From a virus (taxonomy: Duplodnaviria; Caudoviricetes), in IMG/VR virus record IMGVR_UViG_3300044695_005677, positions 1,847 to 65,846 of that record: a DNA stretch of 64,000 nucleotides, one strand, 5' to 3'. Positions within the stretch are counted from its first letter, which is position 1; each line of letters begins with the position of its first letter. Below the pieces are notes generated by a model. The model was not told the DNA's origin, made no database searches, and saw only the letters and a program-made list of their open reading frames with translations. A program made the translations under genes and the position numbers. Positions 41,147-48,921 of the stretch are shown here, one piece after another.

Positions 41147-41746
41147 TTATTGGTGGTACGCCTCATAGAGTTCTAAGTCTACTGGAGATGCTTCTGCCAA
41201 GCAGTTGTCGCCGCATCGCGGACAACCCGTTTGCCAAGCCGCATCCCCAAGCTCTTCAAGAGTGTAGGACACACAATCTGCATAGCACCAACGCTGCTCC
41301 TCATCCTGTTCGGAGTCTGGCCCTATATAAAGGTCTACAGGGCAACTGTGGATATTAGGATTCCCAACTGACAGCATCTGGAAAGCGGGGTTGTCCAAGA
41401 GTTCCTGTGAAATCTCAGGGCAAGGGGGCGTGGGTTCGTCCAGAACAAAGCGGATTGGGGTTGCATTATCTTTGGGTATCTCCCGTCCCGGTGAGCAGCA
41501 ACCATCACACTTATGAACCCAATGGTGGTCATCCTTGGGCCAATGCTGGTCGGGGTCGGGATGCCCAACTCCGTGCGAGCAAATGCGCTCTGTGACCTTG
41601 GTATCAAGGCGATAGTGCTGGGGCCAGTCGCGCATGTGATGGTCGCTGGGGTTATGGACGCAGCAGGGTCTGCCCTCACATAGGGCTGGATCATGCGCGA
41701 TAAATACTTGGTCGGACTTATGTGGTTTCCAGTTTCTTGTTTTCAT
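41147..41746 (-). CDS. Cys/His-rich hypothetical protein
   Basis: C.VHNPSDHHM..WP...ERIC.HGVGHPDPD module plus a C-terminal CxxC pair. Confidence 0.65.
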   Translation of the reverse strand: MKTRNWKPHKSDQVFIAHDPALCEGRPCCVHNPSDHHMRDWPQHYRLDTKVTERICSHGVGHPDPDQHWPKDDHHWVHKCDGCCSPGREIPKDNATPIRFVLDEPTPPCPEISQELLDNPAFQMLSVGNPNIHSCPVDLYIGPDSEQDEEQRWCYADCVSYTLEELGDAAWQTGCPRCGDNCLAEASPVDLELYEAYHQ

Positions 41747-41750
41747 TTTA

Positions 41751-41924
41751 TTAGTTGGGGTCAAAGGTAAAGTTCTCACAGATTTGCTCCATGATAGCGT
41801 CCTTGATTTTCTCTTGGATCACTTCGGCATCGGGGTCGTGGGTATGTTTGTGTGCTCGTTGGTAGCCCAGCGCGGTTCCGGTGTCAACGCAGTCGGTGAG
41901 TATCTTATAATAGTTGGGTTTCAT
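41751..41924 (-). CDS. Small hypothetical phage protein
   Basis: MKPNYYKILTDCVDTG...GYQRAHKH. Confidence 0.6.
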   Translation of the reverse strand: MKPNYYKILTDCVDTGTALGYQRAHKHTHDPDAEVIQEKIKDAIMEQICENFTFDPN

Positions 41925-41936
41925 GGTTGGTTGTTT

Positions 41937-41989
41937 TTTGAACGTGCGCTGCACCGAACGCTGCGCGTTGGTGAGCTATTTGTTGTGCC
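41937..41989 (+). mobile_element. attC-like site 1
   Basis: GAAC...GCT(G)CACC(G)AACG-loop-CGTTGGTGAGC...GTTGTGCC, a hairpin with extrahelical bases. Confidence 0.7.
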
Positions 41990-42317
41990 GAATTGAATGC
42001 GTGCAGTTGACGTAAGAGCACCATCGGTCGCCCACGTTGTTTTTGAGCATCCGGGCGTGGCATTTTGGGCATTTCTCCAATGTCCATTGGCCCTCGTCGT
42101 TCGCAGAATTTTCCGCTTCGTTCCAGCCTTGGATGATTTCGAGCGCGGCCCACTCGCTGCGTCTCCAGCATTCAGCCGACGGGAACATCACCTTGCCGCA
42201 CACGTCGCGGACGCTTCGGCGTGTCCCACATTCGTATTGTGGTGCCTTGCATCGCGGGCAGTCTCCATCTGGGATTTCTAGCGCGATTCCAAGTCTTTCA
42301 GCTTCGTCTACGTTCAT
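41976..42317 (-). CDS. Cassette 1 cargo, Zn-finger-like protein
   Basis: MNVDEAERL... with CPRC and CPKC; its stop codon lies inside attC1. Confidence 0.6.
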   Translation of the reverse strand: MNVDEAERLGIALEIPDGDCPRCKAPQYECGTRRSVRDVCGKVMFPSAECWRRSEWAALEIIQGWNEAENSANDEGQWTLEKCPKCHARMLKNNVGDRWCSYVNCTHSIRHNK

Positions 42318-42370
42318 GGGATTTTTTCTTTTCTGCGTTCTTTTCTGCGCGTCAGCCTCAAAAATTAAGA

Positions 42371-42461
42371 GGCACAACAAGACGTGGGATCTAACCGCCG
42401 GAAGCGTCTTGTTTCCAGTTCGGACCACTGCGCGGCGGTAGATCCACATCGGCGTTCAGCC
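42371..42461 (+). mobile_element. attC-like site 2
   Basis: R'' GGCACAAC; stem GTGG(G)ATCTA(A)CCGCCG / CGGCGGTAGATCCAC; R' GTTCAGCC. Confidence 0.85.
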
Positions 42462-42668
42462 AATCACAAGAACTCCCGATTCGCGGAGGTCTGCGCGTTG
42501 AATTAGCAAGTTTTCTTGGCTGGCTAAGTAGCCCTCAATGAACTCAGCATAGGCGCGGCCTGTCCTGCCTTCTGAGGCAGTGATCGTGCTGGTAACATTT
42601 TTCTGGAAGTCGGCGACTCCGCGATTCCATCCGCATTGGTAGTCTTCTGAGCAGGGTTCGGTTTTCAT
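42456..42668 (-). CDS. Cassette 2 cargo, hypothetical protein
   Basis: 70 aa filling the gap between attC2 and attC3; its TGA lies in the R' core site. Confidence 0.65.
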   Translation of the reverse strand: MKTEPCSEDYQCGWNRGVADFQKNVTSTITASEGRTGRAYAEFIEGYLASQENLLIQRADLRESGVLVIG

Positions 42669-42958
42669 GGTCGTGTGTGGTTTCGGGCTGAACCATCGGC
42701 TGGTGCCAACGGCTCGAAGTTGATCAATCGTGTTGGCGGTGGCGCTGTGCTCGCCGTCGGCACATCCTGAGCGTTCTCTGACTTACGTTTACCTCTCGGC
42801 CTGCGGAGCGACTGAATCGCTAGGACTGCCTCGTTGGTGATGGTCATGGTGCCGTTTTCCCGCTTTGCGACAGTCACGCGGTTTACACCGAGGAGGCGAG
42901 CAACATCGGCTTGTGTGCCGAGGTGCTCGCGTGTGGCTTTGTATTCGGCGGCGGTCAT
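42665..42958 (-). CDS. Xre-family HTH protein (cassette 3); C-terminus reads through attC3
   Basis: MTAAEYKATREHLGTQADVARLLGVNRVTVAKRENG. Confidence 0.85.
   Translation of the reverse strand: MTAAEYKATREHLGTQADVARLLGVNRVTVAKRENGTMTITNEAVLAIQSLRRPRGKRKSENAQDVPTASTAPPPTRLINFEPLAPADGSARNHTRP
42686..42782 (+). mobile_element. attC-like site 3
   Basis: R'' GGCTGAAC; stem GGCTG(G)TGCCAACGGC / GCCGTCGGCACATCC; R' GTTCTCTGAC. Confidence 0.8.
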
Positions 42959-43056
42959 GGCATTGCGTGCAGAATATCGAAGGTGATGCGAACCCAAGCC
43001 AGAAAGCACGCTGACAGGACAGCGAACCCACACCACCAAAGAAGGCGCTCTTTCAT
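42955..43056 (-). CDS. 33-aa hydrophobic peptide (cassette 3, not in ORF track)
   Basis: MKERLLWWCGFAVLSACFLAWVRITFDILHAMP with ATGA overlaps at both ends. Confidence 0.55.
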   Translation of the reverse strand: MKERLLWWCGFAVLSACFLAWVRITFDILHAMP

Positions 43057-43334
43057 TTTGCCTCCTTTGCTTGGCACATGATACAGCCGTGCTTTTGTTC
43101 AGTTTCATGGAGCCACGCCCCGCATTTTCCGCAGCGTGGTGCTGGAGCTTTTGGCGTTTCACCCACATAACAGCAAGCCACATGCGGACAACCCAGCTTG
43201 CCGTCGAGTGGGTTTATTCCCATCGCGGTGCCGCAAGCGGGACATTCCATTTCCCCCTCGTAAGGAGGCGAGCACTCGTTTCCGAGGCATGATGATTCCC
43301 CACAGAGGGGGCAGGCGTTACTTGATGGCGTCAT
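43053..43334 (-). CDS. Cys-rich Zn-ribbon protein (cassette 3)
   Basis: CPLC, CPAC, CGKC and CIMC motifs. Confidence 0.55.
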   Translation of the reverse strand: MTPSSNACPLCGESSCLGNECSPPYEGEMECPACGTAMGINPLDGKLGCPHVACCYVGETPKAPAPRCGKCGAWLHETEQKHGCIMCQAKEAK

Positions 43335-43584
43335 AGTAGGCGGCGGCTGATTCTGCGGAGACATAGAGGGGATGCTCTGGCATACGGGTGCGCTGAGTCT
43401 GCTCGGTGAGCATTTCGGTTGCCTGCTCATAGCGAGCGGCAGCTTCCGCGAACTGCGGTGATTGTGTGCCGTAGTCGGCTTGAGCGGCCTGCATCGCCTC
43501 ATCTGAGCGGCGGCGCATTGCGCTGATTGCGAGGATTGCCTTTTGGCGTGAGGTGGTGAGTTCTGCGAATGGGATGATGGTCAT
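43318..43584 (-). CDS. Hypothetical protein, first gene of cassette 3 operon
   Basis: MTIIPFAEL... immediately after the cassette promoter. Confidence 0.6.
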   Translation of the reverse strand: MTIIPFAELTTSRQKAILAISAMRRRSDEAMQAAQADYGTQSPQFAEAAARYEQATEMLTEQTQRTRMPEHPLYVSAESAAAYYDAIK

Positions 43585-43608
43585 ATGTTTGGGATTGGTT
43601 ACGTTTCT

Positions 43609-43637
43609 ATTGTGTAGCATAAAGCTACACCGTGCAA
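43609..43637 (-). promoter_or_regulatory. Cassette-internal promoter with palindromic operator
   Basis: TTGCAC, 17-nt spacer, CACAAT; GTGTAGC-N5-GCTACAC inverted repeat at 43612-43630 over the spacer and -10 box. Confidence 0.7.
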
Positions 43638-43663
43638 CTCTTATTTGAAGATTTTTCACCAAC

Positions 43664-43738
43664 GTCAGAGAACACGGCGCTGCTGCCAATTCGCAGAGCC
43701 TCATGGCAGAGCCTCATGGCAGAGCTTGGTCGTTCTGC
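43664..43738 (+). mobile_element. attC-like site 4
   Basis: R'' GTCAGAGAAC; GCT(G)CTGCCA...TGGCAGAGC; TTGGTC then GTTCTGC; contains a 13-bp tandem duplication. Confidence 0.8.
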
Positions 43739-44184
43739 TGAAAAAATCCAACTGGCTCAATTCTCCGTCCGCAGTAGGGGCACCACTTCGCCCGGTTTTC
43801 GGTCGGGCCTCCAGTCTCGAAGACGAAGCACTCGCCGCAAGCGGTGTCCCAGTTTCCATCTTCATCCTCGGACCACCGGCACAAGATGAGAACCGATTTC
43901 GGGTTTGCTGTCCGATACGACCACAGATGTGCTTTTAAGTCAGCAATAATTAACTCAGCAGGTAGTTGTAGGGTAGATGATAGTATTTGAGCAAGTGAAT
44001 AATCATTAATCGGGCCGAGCGGTCCAATACTTTGCTCTACTTCTCGTATCTGTTTAATACAATTAGTAATAGCATCTACTCCCCACTGAGAGACAATTAC
44101 ATGTTGGAGATTCTTTCTGATATTTCGCTCATACTCAGCATCACGGAGAGCATTGTCTAGCTTCTTCTCAAGTTCTGATATCAT
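43714..44184 (-). CDS. Hypothetical protein with C-terminal Zn-ribbon (cassette 4)
   Basis: W.EDEDG.W.TACG...CPYCG; AT-rich N-terminal half. Confidence 0.6.
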   Translation of the reverse strand: MISELEKKLDNALRDAEYERNIRKNLQHVIVSQWGVDAITNCIKQIREVEQSIGPLGPINDYSLAQILSSTLQLPAELIIADLKAHLWSYRTANPKSVLILCRWSEDEDGNWDTACGECFVFETGGPTENRAKWCPYCGRRIEPVGFFQQNDQALP

Positions 44185-44218
44185 AAGTTAAAAGGAAGAA
44201 ATAAATCCGATTCTGTAT

Positions 44219-44542
44219 TCATGATTTTGCCCCGCCCTCATCGCGGGATGCCTCCGTGTTCTGAGTCTCGCAGTCCGCCAGCAGTTGCTCGATGGCCTGC
44301 TTGAGTGCTGGCCATTCCTCCGGCGATACTTGGATGGTCTGCGACTTCGCATCTGTGCGCCCGCTTTGCTGCTCGATTTCCAAGAACTCTCCAGCGGCTT
44401 CGTCCACGATGGATACGTTCGTGCATTGTTCCGAGAACAGCGGCTCTTTCGCCGGAAGCACTGAGAGTCGAGTGATTCGCACACGGAACTCAGAACCATG
44501 TGCGGCTGCCAACGAGGCGGGGCGGGAGTCGTTCGTGTTCAT
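44219..44542 (-). CDS. Hypothetical protein whose N-terminus is encoded by an attC half-site
   Basis: MNTNDSRPASLAAAHGSE then RITRLSVLP..EPLFSE..T.VSIVDEAAGEFLEI.Q. Confidence 0.7.
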   Translation of the reverse strand: MNTNDSRPASLAAAHGSEFRVRITRLSVLPAKEPLFSEQCTNVSIVDEAAGEFLEIEQQSGRTDAKSQTIQVSPEEWPALKQAIEQLLADCETQNTEASRDEGGAKS

Positions 44543-44560
44543 CGTGCGTCTTTCTGCCCT
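44491..44560 (+). mobile_element. Truncated attC-like site 5 (left arm only)
   Basis: CAGAAC-CATGT-GCGGCTGCCAACG; CAGAAC complements GTTCTG of site 4; right arm not recognisable. Confidence 0.5.
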
Positions 44561-44818
44561 CCATACTCCACGTCGTCAATAGTGTTGTTTTTCAGGTGGT
44601 CAAGTGCGTGCGCTATGAAGGTTCGCTCCTTATTTGTTAGCTTCATTTTGTTTCTTTCCATCTAAACTCTGTGCTGTCTTGACCGAGGACGTGCCACTCA
44701 GCAAAGCCTCGTCTGATAGCCTCTTCTTTGAGATTGCCTAGCTGTATAACAGCGGCAAAAGCGGCGATCAGGGCGAGGACGAACATGAAGGCACCTAACT
44801 GTGCTGCGTGGTTTTCAC

Positions 44819-45085
44819 TCATGGTTGCGTGTGCAAAAAGTTCTGGATGTCCTCATACAGTCCAATCTCCATACGTCCCGCTGAATCGCGGCAACGGGTC
44901 AGGAGTCGGATAGCGTTTTGAATCTTGACGGCTTGGAGCATCAACGTCTGCTGACGGTCAATGAGTCGGAAGCTGAGTTCTGAGATGTCGCGCTCAAGTT
45001 GGCGGGCGAAGTCTGGAGCGATGCAAGGATCACCTTCTTTACAGGTGATGCTTTCGTTTGCATCTGTTCGTGGTGTTGGTGTCAT
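44819..45085 (-). CDS. TPRTD...FARQLERE family small protein
   Basis: Motif shared with two neighbouring genes. Confidence 0.7.
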   Translation of the reverse strand: MTPTPRTDANESITCKEGDPCIAPDFARQLERDISELSFRLIDRQQTLMLQAVKIQNAIRLLTRCRDSAGRMEIGLYEDIQNFLHTQP

Positions 45086-45432
45086 GGTTTTCCTTTCACT
45101 TTAGTGATGGCTGCCTTAGCTTTCATCAACGCTGCATTTTGGTTACGGGCTTCTATTGTCGGCATTACAGCTATACCGCCGTTTGCTGCCACCATTGATT
45201 CCAAAGCCTCCAGCAAGACATCCACTTCTGCGCCGCGCTTGCCAGCTACATCTGCCCACTCGGAGCAACGGATGCGGACTTTATGTAGCTGCTCGTTTGC
45301 GTCGTTGAGTTCACGTTCAAGTTGGCGGGCAAAGTCTGCTAGCACTACATGGTGATATGTATTTTCAAAGCAACTCGGGACTTGTAGAATTTCTGCATCT
45401 GTTCGTGGTGTTGGTGTCGGTGTCGGTGTCAT
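45082..45432 (-). CDS. TPRTD...FARQLERE family small protein
   Basis: Shared motif; ATGA overlap. Confidence 0.7.
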   Translation of the reverse strand: MTPTPTPTPRTDAEILQVPSCFENTYHHVVLADFARQLERELNDANEQLHKVRIRCSEWADVAGKRGAEVDVLLEALESMVAANGGIAVMPTIEARNQNAALMKAKAAITKVKGKP

Positions 45433-45556
45433 GGCGTAATGAGTTTTCCGTTGGTTAGGGTGTAGATGATGGCGTCTGCGATGTCGGGATCTCCAGCGAA
45501 GAGAACTACTAGGAGGAAAAAGGCGATAATGCTTGCGGTGTCGGAGTCGATGAGGG

Positions 45557-45949
45557 TCATGGTTGAACTCCTTTCGCTTTGGTTATCACTGCAAGAGCGG
45601 GTTTCCAAGGCACCTTTGTGTCGCCTTCAATATACGGCAGGATGCTTTCCAATACCCCTAACATCTCAGCATTTTCGCGCTCAAGTTGGCGGGCGAAATT
45701 GGGGTCACACCTCTCAAAGTCCTCGCGGTATTCCCTGTGCTTGTCTGTTCGTGGTGTTGGTGACGAATCTGGTTTCGTTACCAACTCCGCAAGCACCGCC
45801 TCCTTGACCGCTTGCGCGAATGCTTGGCGTTGCTCTTCGTCGTGGAACCAGCCGGGGTGATTCCGTGTCACCGCTAGGGTGCCGCATCCTTTGTTGAGTA
45901 GTGCTGCGGCTTTTGCCCCGATGTTTGCTAGTTGTTTGAGTGTTTTCAT
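45557..45949 (-). CDS. Hypothetical protein with internal TPRTD...FARQLERE module
   Basis: Shared motif in the C-terminal half. Confidence 0.7.
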   Translation of the reverse strand: MKTLKQLANIGAKAAALLNKGCGTLAVTRNHPGWFHDEEQRQAFAQAVKEAVLAELVTKPDSSPTPRTDKHREYREDFERCDPNFARQLERENAEMLGVLESILPYIEGDTKVPWKPALAVITKAKGVQP

Positions 45950-46212
45950 AGTGTTTCAAGTTTGACGTTTGCTGTAATTGTTGGTTGTACTGTGCGGATG
46001 ACTTTGACGATGTGGAGAGGCTGGCACCAGTCGGTACTCTTATCGGTTTGCAGGCAGGCACAGGAGTCCTCCCACAATTCCGCTGTGTTCTTGATGATGA
46101 GTGCCTCCGCTTCGCGCTGCGTTTTATATGGGCCGAGAGCGGTGAAGGTTCCGATGCTTGTGCCGGGAGTATCCATGTCAATCACCCAGTAGTCGTGCGA
46201 TGGTTTTTTCAT
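45946..46212 (-). CDS. Hypothetical protein
   Basis: 88 aa with coupled overlaps. Confidence 0.6.
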   Translation of the reverse strand: MKKPSHDYWVIDMDTPGTSIGTFTALGPYKTQREAEALIIKNTAELWEDSCACLQTDKSTDWCQPLHIVKVIRTVQPTITANVKLETL

Positions 46213-46508
46213 TTTCTGCGTTTTGGTTTGTTATTCTTGATTCGGTATTCTCTGACGGATGTTGTGGAGCACCCCAAGACTTGGGCGAGGCGGGCGTTGC
46301 CGAGTTCCTGCCACACCAAGTCCTTGCAGTCACCCAGCACCATCTGCACCCAAGACGGGTCTTTCTCCTTGGGCGGGGCAAATGGAAGCCCCCTGACCCT
46401 GCGAGCGTTGCGGACGGTGCGCTCGTCACACCCAAACTCCTCCGCGATGACGTTGTTGGGGCGATTCCAATCGGTTACGAAGTCGAAGTTGAATTTCACT
46501 TTTTGCAT
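46209..46508 (-). CDS. Tandem HTH-like small DNA-binding protein
   Basis: DW..PN..IAEEFGCDERTVRNARR and N.RLAQVLGCSTTSVREYR. Confidence 0.65.
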   Translation of the reverse strand: MQKVKFNFDFVTDWNRPNNVIAEEFGCDERTVRNARRVRGLPFAPPKEKDPSWVQMVLGDCKDLVWQELGNARLAQVLGCSTTSVREYRIKNNKPKRRK

Positions 46509-46903
46509 TTGAGTGTTTTGCGGAAGCGTTGGACTTGGGCGAGGCAGCAACCGATGCGGAGAGCAATGTCCTTGTCGGACTTTTCCCAATCCTTCTTGGT
46601 CAACTGGCGCATCTGGAAGGTGTAGCTGAGTTTCTGATCCTTGGTGGGGGTCGCTGCCTCCCAAACCTTCATCACTTCTTCACCTGTCAGGCAATGGGTC
46701 ATGTTGCCCCAGAACAGGTTGACCAGTGTCGGGTAGGGAACCCCCGAACGCTGGGAGACGGTGGCAATGGTGGAGCCGTTGCGTTTGACGTGAGCCTTGA
46801 CCCGCTCCGCGATTTCAGTGGAGAGTTCGCGGGCAAGGGCATCCTGCTTTTTGGCTTCGGATCGGGCTGCTTTTAGTTTTCGGATGTGGTTGTGTATTTC
46901 CAT
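46496..46903 (-). CDS. HTH-containing protein
   Basis: TIATVSQRSGVPYPTL and DW.KSD.DIA..IGC....V.RFRK. Confidence 0.65.
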   Translation of the reverse strand: MEIHNHIRKLKAARSEAKKQDALARELSTEIAERVKAHVKRNGSTIATVSQRSGVPYPTLVNLFWGNMTHCLTGEEVMKVWEAATPTKDQKLSYTFQMRQLTKKDWEKSDKDIALRIGCCLAQVQRFRKTLKCKK

Positions 46904-46963
46904 GACCCCAAGTCTACCGAAACCGTATTACCGTGCAAGGCTTATTTGATAAAAAAGACGCTT

Positions 46964-48385
46964 TTAACAAAAATCTTCTTCTCGTATCAGCTTATTTACC
47001 TTTTTTCCTTTGCTCGCTCGGTAGCTTTCCAGCAGTTTCAGCGCCTTTAATAGTCGGTCTTCAGTGCTTTTCTTTTCTTCGATCACCGTTGCTACCGCAT
47101 AGTCCACCGTGTTGGTACACATGAGCCTGTAAACACGCACGATGTCTTCCTGCCCACGTCGGGACAGTCGTGCGATCATCTGCTCGTAGTCCTCTCGACT
47201 GAATGTCAGAGTAAACCAGACCAGTGTTCTACCACCGTGCTGTAGGTTTAGCCCGTGTCCTACCGACTTGGGGTGTGCCACTAGCATTGGTATCTCCTTT
47301 GCGTTCCATTTTCTGAGCAGTTCCTTTTGGGCCGATTCCGTTTTGGCATCTGCGAAAAAGTGCGCTTTTGGAAACGCTTTTCTCATTCTCTCCTGCTCAT
47401 GTTTAAATGCACAGGCTACCAATACAGGCTCACCAGCTTTTTGCATGATAAGCTCAAGGGCTTTTATCTTCAGCGGATGCACATCGTGCCAAACGCTCTC
47501 GGTATCATACACGGCTCCTGAAGTGAACTGTAGCAGTTTCCCAACCAGCACTGCGGCATTAGACGCGGTGATCTCTTCTCCGGATGCAACCTCTAAGATT
47601 AGCTCTTCTTCAAATTCCTTGTATTTACTTAGACCATCCTTGCTTAAAGGAACCTCGATATCGATGACTTCAGTATCCGGTATGTCCAGCCAGTCTTTCG
47701 ACCTGAGCGTCAGCGTGATATCTGATAACCTGTTTTGGATAGCTTCCTGAGCATGAGGCTTTTCCTGCCAGATGTAGTTGTTATACCCGCTTGGAGAAAA
47801 GTAAGTCTGCTGAAACAAGCTAAAGGATCGACCAAGGCGAACTCCACCGTCCACGAATCGAGTTTGTGCAAACAGGTCCATCAGCGAGTTGGGTGCTGGT
47901 GTCCCTGTTAATGCCCAGATGCGCTTGTGCTTCTCATGGGGGACTACCCGTCGATATGCGTTGGGTCTTTTAGCAGAATGATTTTTTATTTTTGTGCTTT
48001 CATCAATGACTAGCGTATCATAGGGCAAAGTCTTTTTTGACTCGATCAGGGTTACGAGATTTGGTATCCCCTCAAAGTTACACAAGTAGATATGTGCTGA
48101 TCCCTGAAGGAACGCTCTTTTGCCTGCTTGGTTACGTAGATTAGCTACCTTCATCCACGAAAAGTCGTCCCACTGTTCAATCTCCATCGGCCAAGTCAGG
48201 TTGATTACCCGCATCGGTGCCAGAATAAGAACTCCCTTTGTTTCTCCAGAAGCGAACAGTTGGTTAATCGCGCTCAAGGTAGCCGCTGTCTTGCCAATAC
48301 CAACCCCCACAAACCCAAGGGCGTGGGGGTGGTTGAGAAGGTGCTGCGTGAGCAAGTCTTGCGGTTCTGAAGATGGGAACTTCAT
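46964..48385 (-). CDS. SNF2-family helicase
   Basis: GVGIGKT, LVIDES, LTGTP, S.GHGLNLQ, Q...RL.RRGQ. Confidence 0.95.
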   Translation of the reverse strand: MKFPSSEPQDLLTQHLLNHPHALGFVGVGIGKTAATLSAINQLFASGETKGVLILAPMRVINLTWPMEIEQWDDFSWMKVANLRNQAGKRAFLQGSAHIYLCNFEGIPNLVTLIESKKTLPYDTLVIDESTKIKNHSAKRPNAYRRVVPHEKHKRIWALTGTPAPNSLMDLFAQTRFVDGGVRLGRSFSLFQQTYFSPSGYNNYIWQEKPHAQEAIQNRLSDITLTLRSKDWLDIPDTEVIDIEVPLSKDGLSKYKEFEEELILEVASGEEITASNAAVLVGKLLQFTSGAVYDTESVWHDVHPLKIKALELIMQKAGEPVLVACAFKHEQERMRKAFPKAHFFADAKTESAQKELLRKWNAKEIPMLVAHPKSVGHGLNLQHGGRTLVWFTLTFSREDYEQMIARLSRRGQEDIVRVYRLMCTNTVDYAVATVIEEKKSTEDRLLKALKLLESYRASKGKKVNKLIREEDFC

Positions 48386-48697
48386 TTAGCAAAATTCAGT
48401 TTTTCTATCCAGCAACTTAGTGACGAATAAGCATCCTTTTTCCACAGTGTCACACCAGTCGGCTGTGCAGCCTTGGACCTGTAGCCGTTCAATCTCTATC
48501 CTCTGCAAAGCAGTTGGTTTTTTTCCTTGTGCCTTTATCTCCAAGAACCCGATTACGCCTTCTGGTGTGATGATCATCCTGTCGGGCACGGCACGTTTGG
48601 CTGGAGAAGTAAATTTGTAGTATAGGCAACCCCGCTTTTTGGCAAAGTCACCGATCTTACTTTCGACATCCCTTTCGAGCATGGGTCTAGGTTTCAT
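48386..48697 (-). CDS. VRR-NUC domain nuclease
   Basis: LERDVE...KF.SP...VPDR...FLEIK..G.KPT.LQ. Confidence 0.9.
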   Translation of the reverse strand: MKPRPMLERDVESKIGDFAKKRGCLYYKFTSPAKRAVPDRMIITPEGVIGFLEIKAQGKKPTALQRIEIERLQVQGCTADWCDTVEKGCLFVTKLLDRKTEFC

Positions 48698-48921
48698 GGT
48701 TCTTTTTTGGCTTGTTGATTTAGTGCTTCTACACACTTGTCATGCAATGCCGCGAGCATAGCCGCCATATCTTCTTTGTTAGACGCGTTGACAGCTATCT
48801 CAACGTAGTTCTGCCCATCATCTATGTTGTGCAGAACGACAAGTAGATATTGCTTATTACCTGCGTCCAAATGCTCGACGGCAAAAGTTGCGTGGATGTC
48901 CGGTTTGCGGGGAGTGCTCAT
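48694..48921 (-). CDS. Hypothetical protein
   Basis: 75 aa with coupled overlaps. Confidence 0.6.
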   Translation of the reverse strand: MSTPRKPDIHATFAVEHLDAGNKQYLLVVLHNIDDGQNYVEIAVNASNKEDMAAMLAALHDKCVEALNQQAKKEP

